From Methyloceanibacter sp. (GTDB taxonomy: Bacteria > Pseudomonadota > Alphaproteobacteria > Rhizobiales > Methyloligellaceae), in contig JBAUEK010000047.1 in NCBI GenBank assembly GCA_049678565.1, forward strand, positions 1-53,698: DNA of 53,698 nucleotides, in the 5' to 3' direction. Positions 47,996 through 53,698 of this stretch are shown piece by piece. Both the position numbers and the translations under genes were made by a program. Below the pieces are notes generated by a model. It searched no databases. It saw only the letters and a program-made list of their open reading frames with translations, and was not told the origin of the DNA. How positions within the stretch are numbered: position 1 is the stretch's first letter; each line of letters begins with the position of its first letter.

Positions 47996-49090
47996 TCAGC
48001 CCTTCCCGGTCTGGGCGCGGTGACGCAGATAGTGATCGGCGAGCACGATGGCCATCATGGCCTCGCCCACCGGCACGGCGCGAATGCCGACGCATGGATC
48101 GTGGCGGCCCTTGGTCGAGACCTCCGTGTCGCGGCCGGCCGCATCCACGGTGCGGCGGGGCGTCAGGATCGAGGAGGTGGGCTTCACCGCGAAGCGGGCC
48201 ACGACCGGCTGCCCGCTCGAGATGCCGCCAAGAATGCCGCCGGCATGGTTGGACAGGAACTCCGGCGCACCGTCGGGCCCGATGCGCATCTCGTCGGCGT
48301 TGTCCTCGCCCGACAGCGAAGCTGCGGCAAAGCCGGCCCCGATCTCCACGCCCTTCACCGCATTGATGCTCATCAGGCCGGAGGCGATGTCCTGGTCGAG
48401 CTTACCGTAGATCGGCGCGCCGAGCCCGGGTTGCACGCCCTCGGCCACGATCTCGATGATGGCGCCACAGGAGGAGCCGGCTTTGCGCACCCCGTCCAGA
48501 TACCCTGCCCACAGCTTCGCCGCCTTGGCGTCGGGGCAGAAGAACGGGTTGCGCTCAACCTCGGACCAGTCCCAATTCCCACGGTCGATCGCATGCGGTC
48601 CGACCTGCACCAGAGCGCCGCGCACGCGCAATCCCGGCACGACTTTCCGCGCCACGGCGCCGGCGGCCACGCGCGACGCCGTCTCCCTGGCGCTGGCCCG
48701 GCCGGAGCCGCGCCAATCGCGCACGCCATATTTGGCGGCATAGGTGAAGTCGGCGTGGCCGGGGCGAAACTTGTCCTTGATGTCCCCGTAATCCTTGGAC
48801 CGCGCGTCCATATTCTCGATCTCGAGCGCGATCGGGGTGCCGGTGGTGATCTGCTCGCCGCTCGCCTCGTCGGTAAACACGCCGGAGAGGATGCGGACCT
48901 GGTCTGGCTCTTTGCGTTGGGTGGTGTAGCGCGACTGGCCGGGACGGCGCTTGTCGAGATAGGTCTGGATGTCGGCCAGGTCGAGCGGGATGCCCGGCGG
49001 GCAGCCATCGACGACGCAGCCGATCGCCGGCCCGTGGCTCTCGCCCCAGGTGGTGATGCGGAATAGATGGCCGAAACTATTGTGCGACAT
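47996..49090 (-). CDS. aroC: Chorismate synthase
   Basis: [29 protein letters not shown] and GRHDPCV motifs. Confidence 0.98.
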   Translation of the reverse strand: MSHNSFGHLFRITTWGESHGPAIGCVVDGCPPGIPLDLADIQTYLDKRRPGQSRYTTQRKEPDQVRILSGVFTDEASGEQITTGTPIALEIENMDARSKDYGDIKDKFRPGHADFTYAAKYGVRDWRGSGRASARETASRVAAGAVARKVVPGLRVRGALVQVGPHAIDRGNWDWSEVERNPFFCPDAKAAKLWAGYLDGVRKAGSSCGAIIEIVAEGVQPGLGAPIYGKLDQDIASGLMSINAVKGVEIGAGFAAASLSGEDNADEMRIGPDGAPEFLSNHAGGILGGISSGQPVVARFAVKPTSSILTPRRTVDAAGRDTEVSTKGRHDPCVGIRAVPVGEAMMAIVLADHYLRHRAQTGKG

Positions 49091-49193
49091 GGGTTTCTTT
49101 TAGGAGCGTGGTCGGCTTGCGGCAAGCGGCGGCCAGCATAGCCCCGACTTCGCAACAAACGGTTTCACGGGAGGAGTGCCCCGTGAGGCGGCT

Positions 49194-50009
49194 CTACTCC
49201 TTGACGGAGATGTCCGGCGCGTCCTCGTTCTTCATGCCGATGACGTGGTAGCCGGAGTCGATATGCATGATCTCGCCGGTCGTACCGCGCCCCAGATCCG
49301 AGAGAAGATAGAGCGCGCCGCCGCCGACATCCTCGATGGTCACGGTGCGCCGGAGCGGCGAATTATGCTCGTTCCATTTGAGGATATAGCGGAAGTCGGC
49401 GATGCCGGAGGCGGCAAGCGTCTTGATCGGGCCGGCCGAGATGGCGTTGACCCGGATATGGCCCTGGCCGAGGTCGGCGGCGAGGTAGCGCACGCTCGAT
49501 TCGAGCGCCGCCTTGGCCACGCCCATCACATTGTAATGGGGCATGACCTTCTCGGCGCCGTAATAGGTGAGCGTGAGCATCGAGCCGCCATTCGGCATCA
49601 AGGCCTCGGCCCGCTTGGCCAGCGCGGTGAAGGAGTAGCAGGAGATGAGCATGGTCTGGACGAAATTGTCCTTGCTCGTATCGACATAGCGCCCGTCCAG
49701 CTCTGCCTTGTCGGAGAAGGCGACGGCGTGCACGAGAAAATCGATGCTGCCCCAGGAATCGGCCAGCGCCTTGAACACCGCATCGACGCTTTGATCGTCA
49801 GTGACGTCGCAAGGGAGCACGAGCTTGGAGCCGATTTCGGCCGCGAGCGGCTCGACCCGCTTCTTGATGGCGTCGCCCTGATAGGTCAGCGCGATCTCGG
49901 CGCCGTTGTCGTGGCAGGCCTTGGTGATGCCCCAGGCGATCGAACGGTTGTTGGCCACGCCGAACACGACGCCGCGCTTGCCAGCCATCAGCTTGGCCGC
50001 GTCAGCCAT
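49194..50009 (-). CDS. fabI: Enoyl-ACP reductase
   Basis: GVANNRSIAWGI, YNVMGVAKAALE and ISAGPIKTLAA motifs. Confidence 0.97.
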   Translation of the reverse strand: MADAAKLMAGKRGVVFGVANNRSIAWGITKACHDNGAEIALTYQGDAIKKRVEPLAAEIGSKLVLPCDVTDDQSVDAVFKALADSWGSIDFLVHAVAFSDKAELDGRYVDTSKDNFVQTMLISCYSFTALAKRAEALMPNGGSMLTLTYYGAEKVMPHYNVMGVAKAALESSVRYLAADLGQGHIRVNAISAGPIKTLAASGIADFRYILKWNEHNSPLRRTVTIEDVGGGALYLLSDLGRGTTGEIMHIDSGYHVIGMKNEDAPDISVKE

Positions 50010-50095
50010 TGACCCTCCAGCTCAAGAATGTGGGTGGCTTTATAGGGCCCGGGCACCCTGGCCGGAAGGGCCTTTGCCTGAGGCCTTTTCGCCAA

Positions 50096-50533
50096 TCAGC
50101 CGGCGAGCGACCATTGGCCGTCGGATTGGCGGCAGGCGACGCCTTCAACCTGCTTCACATAGGCGCCGACCGACAGCGAATAGGTGAGATGACGGCAGAC
50201 CCGGCCCTCGTCGTCGCGAAAGGCCGAGACCGTCTTGATCACCCCGGAGAGCGCCCGCGACGGCCTTTGCCAGACCAGGCTCGCGCCATCGCCAAGCTCG
50301 CTCAGCGCCTCCTGTAGCGCGTTCAGCGCCATGGCGCGGTCGCTACGGTCGAGCCGGGCGCGAAGCGCGGTAACATTTTCCGTCTGCTCGGCGCTTACGG
50401 TGTTGACGATCACCGCCCAGCTATTCAGGGGCACCTCGGCATTGAGAGAAAGGGTTGCGGGCGTAAGCAAGAGTGCAAGCGCGCCCGTCCCGATGATGAT
50501 AGGAGCCTTCCAACGGATCGCACGCATAACCAT
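50096..50533 (-). CDS. RT0821/Lpp0805 family surface antigen-like protein
   Basis: Signal-like N-terminus, ALQEAL...DG...W...G.I, CR.....G.ACR..DGQW. Divergent from pdxH. Confidence 0.8.
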   Translation of the reverse strand: MVMRAIRWKAPIIIGTGALALLLTPATLSLNAEVPLNSWAVIVNTVSAEQTENVTALRARLDRSDRAMALNALQEALSELGDGASLVWQRPSRALSGVIKTVSAFRDDEGRVCRHLTYSLSVGAYVKQVEGVACRQSDGQWSLAG

Positions 50534-50681
50534 TCGTCCCCCCAGCACTGGCGCGGAACAACCCCCCGCACCAACTATCAACGAAGCCCATGGTGCAGTA
50601 TCAGGGTGAGTAAATGGTAAACGCCTGTTTCGCGGTGGGATTGCCGCACCGCCGAGGCATGGGACAGAGAACGAGACGGCC

Positions 50682-51305
50682 ATGAATGAGCAGTCGGGCC
50701 TCGAGCCCCAAGATTTCACCGAGGCGGAGGATCCCTTCAGCCTGTTCGCCGACTGGATGGAGGCGGCCAGTTCGAGCGAGCCGGACGACCCAAACGCCAT
50801 GGCGCTGGCCACGGTCGACGCGCAAGGATTGCCAAATCTGCGCACGGTCCTGCTGAAGGGCGCCGACGAACGCGGTTTCGTGTTCTATACCAATTGCGGC
50901 AGCGCCAAGGGGCTCGAGCTTGCCGCCGCGCCGAAGGCCGCGCTCCTGTTCTATTGGAAGAGCCTGCATCGCCAAGTCAGAGTCCGCGGACCGGTGGAGC
51001 AAGTGAGCGACGCCGAGGCGGATGCCTATTTCGCCAGCCGCTCGCGCGAAAGCCGCATCGGCGCCTGGGCGTCTGACCAATCCCGGCCGCTTGCAAGCCG
51101 CGAGGCGCTGAACCAAGCGGTCGAAGCGCGCATGAATCAATTCGAAGGCAAGGATGTACCCCGGCCGCCGCATTGGCACGGCTACCGCATGACGCCGCTC
51201 GAGATTGAGTTCTGGGCGGGCAGACCCCACCGCCTGCACGATCGAATCGAGTTCCGGCGGCCCGCCCCCGATGCGCCCTGGGTGAAGACCCGGCTCTATC
51301 CGTGA
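50682..51305 (+). CDS. pdxH: Pyridoxamine 5'-phosphate oxidase
   Basis: AMALATV, R.VLLK, FYTN..SAKG, RQVR, GAWAS.QS and EFW..R..RLHDR motifs. Confidence 0.97.
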   Translation: MNEQSGLEPQDFTEAEDPFSLFADWMEAASSSEPDDPNAMALATVDAQGLPNLRTVLLKGADERGFVFYTNCGSAKGLELAAAPKAALLFYWKSLHRQVRVRGPVEQVSDAEADAYFASRSRESRIGAWASDQSRPLASREALNQAVEARMNQFEGKDVPRPPHWHGYRMTPLEIEFWAGRPHRLHDRIEFRRPAPDAPWVKTRLYP

Positions 51306-51334
51306 CGCGCTTGGAGGCCTAAAAGAGGCCGGTC

Positions 51335-52090
51335 ATGGCCCAAATTCCCAATGAAGAGCGAAAAACGCTGGTCCTCACCGGCGCCAGCCGCGGCATCGGC
51401 CATGCCACGGTGAAGCGCTTCTCCTCCGCCGGCTGGCGCGTGATCACCTGCTCCCGCCATCCCTTCCCCGAGAATTGCCCGTGGGAGGCGGGGCCGGAGG
51501 ACCATATCCAGGTCGATCTCGCCGATCCCGGCAATACGCTTGAAGCCATCGCCGTGATGAAGGACCGGCTCATAGCCCAAGGCGGCCGGCTCAACGCGCT
51601 CGTCAATAATGCGGCGATTTCGCCCAAGGGAGAGGGCGGCTCCCGGCTCGGCAGCATCGAGACGGATCATCGCGACTGGATGACGGTGTTCCAGGTCAAT
51701 TTCTTCGCGCCGCTGATGCTCGGCCGCGGCCTGATCGAGGAGCTGGAGGCGGCGTCGGGCGCCGTGGTCAATGTCAGCTCCATCGCGGGCTCTCGGGTGC
51801 ATCCCTTCGCCGGCTCGGCCTATGCCACGTCGAAAGCAGCGCTCGCCGCGCTGACGCGCGAGATGGCCGCGGATTTCGCCCCGCGCGGCATCAGGGTGAA
51901 CGCGATCTCGCCGGGGGAAATCGACACGGCGATGCTGTCGCCTGGAACTGAGAATTTGATCGCGGAGATTCCGATGGCGCGGCTCGGGCTGCCGGAGGAG
52001 GTGGCGAAGGCGATCTATTTTCTCTGCACCGAGCAATCGAGCTATATCAACGGCACCGAGCTTTATATCGACGGCGGCCAGCACGTTTGA
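51335..52090 (+). CDS. SDR family oxidoreductase (FixR-like)
   Basis: TGASRGIG, NNAA and YATSK motifs. Confidence 0.92.
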   Translation: MAQIPNEERKTLVLTGASRGIGHATVKRFSSAGWRVITCSRHPFPENCPWEAGPEDHIQVDLADPGNTLEAIAVMKDRLIAQGGRLNALVNNAAISPKGEGGSRLGSIETDHRDWMTVFQVNFFAPLMLGRGLIEELEAASGAVVNVSSIAGSRVHPFAGSAYATSKAALAALTREMAADFAPRGIRVNAISPGEIDTAMLSPGTENLIAEIPMARLGLPEEVAKAIYFLCTEQSSYINGTELYIDGGQHV

Positions 52091-52105
52091 CCGCCGGCAC
52101 GCCGG

Positions 52106-52120
52106 TTAAGCCCACCTTTA
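52106..52120. promoter_or_regulatory. CtrA-binding box upstream of ccrM
   Basis: TTAA-GCCCACC-TTTA, i.e. TTAA-N7-TTAA with one mismatch. ccrM is an established CtrA target in Caulobacter. Confidence 0.7.
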
Positions 52121-52183
52121 CCTTGCACCCTCAGCATGGCTCTTGCCGCGCCGGCTCGTTCCGGGGGCGGCGGCAGTGCGTAG

Positions 52184-53698
<1,515 letters not shown>

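Overview
High-GC alphaproteobacterial chromosome segment. Gene content and order fit Hyphomicrobiales/Rhizobiales; Methyloceanibacter-like is my inference and was not tested. It is mostly core housekeeping, with about 54 CDS: moaB (partial), family-4 UDG, ETF-QO, a TPR protein, ispE, ispB, an S49 peptidase, glyQS, ppdK, a SleB-type cell-wall hydrolase, nadABC with its regulator nadQ, tag, ygfZ, pyrC, SRAP, Sua5/TsaC, an HDAC-family deacylase, xseB, dxs, tlyA, aroC, fabI, pdxH, ccrM and mutY (partial). I saw no rRNA, tRNA, CRISPR array, integrase or transposase. The accessory or unusual parts are: (i) an intact post-SET-bearing SET-domain methyltransferase with a basic tail, plus an internally deleted second SET gene, lying between dxs and tlyA; (ii) two small secreted Gly/His/Tyr-rich peptides with an 11-bp-phased four-box operator; (iii) a 7.3-kb co-oriented gene block separating nadQ from its two operators and nadABC; (iv) candidate structured RNAs upstream of the SleB hydrolase, at about 28.85 kb, and in the leader of a small two-gene operon; (v) a probable LysR remnant; (vi) CtrA-box and GANTC (CcrM) regulatory signatures. 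Nothing here is demonstrably a new multi-gene system. The SET locus and the secreted-peptide locus are the best leads. All product calls come from motif recognition, not database searches.
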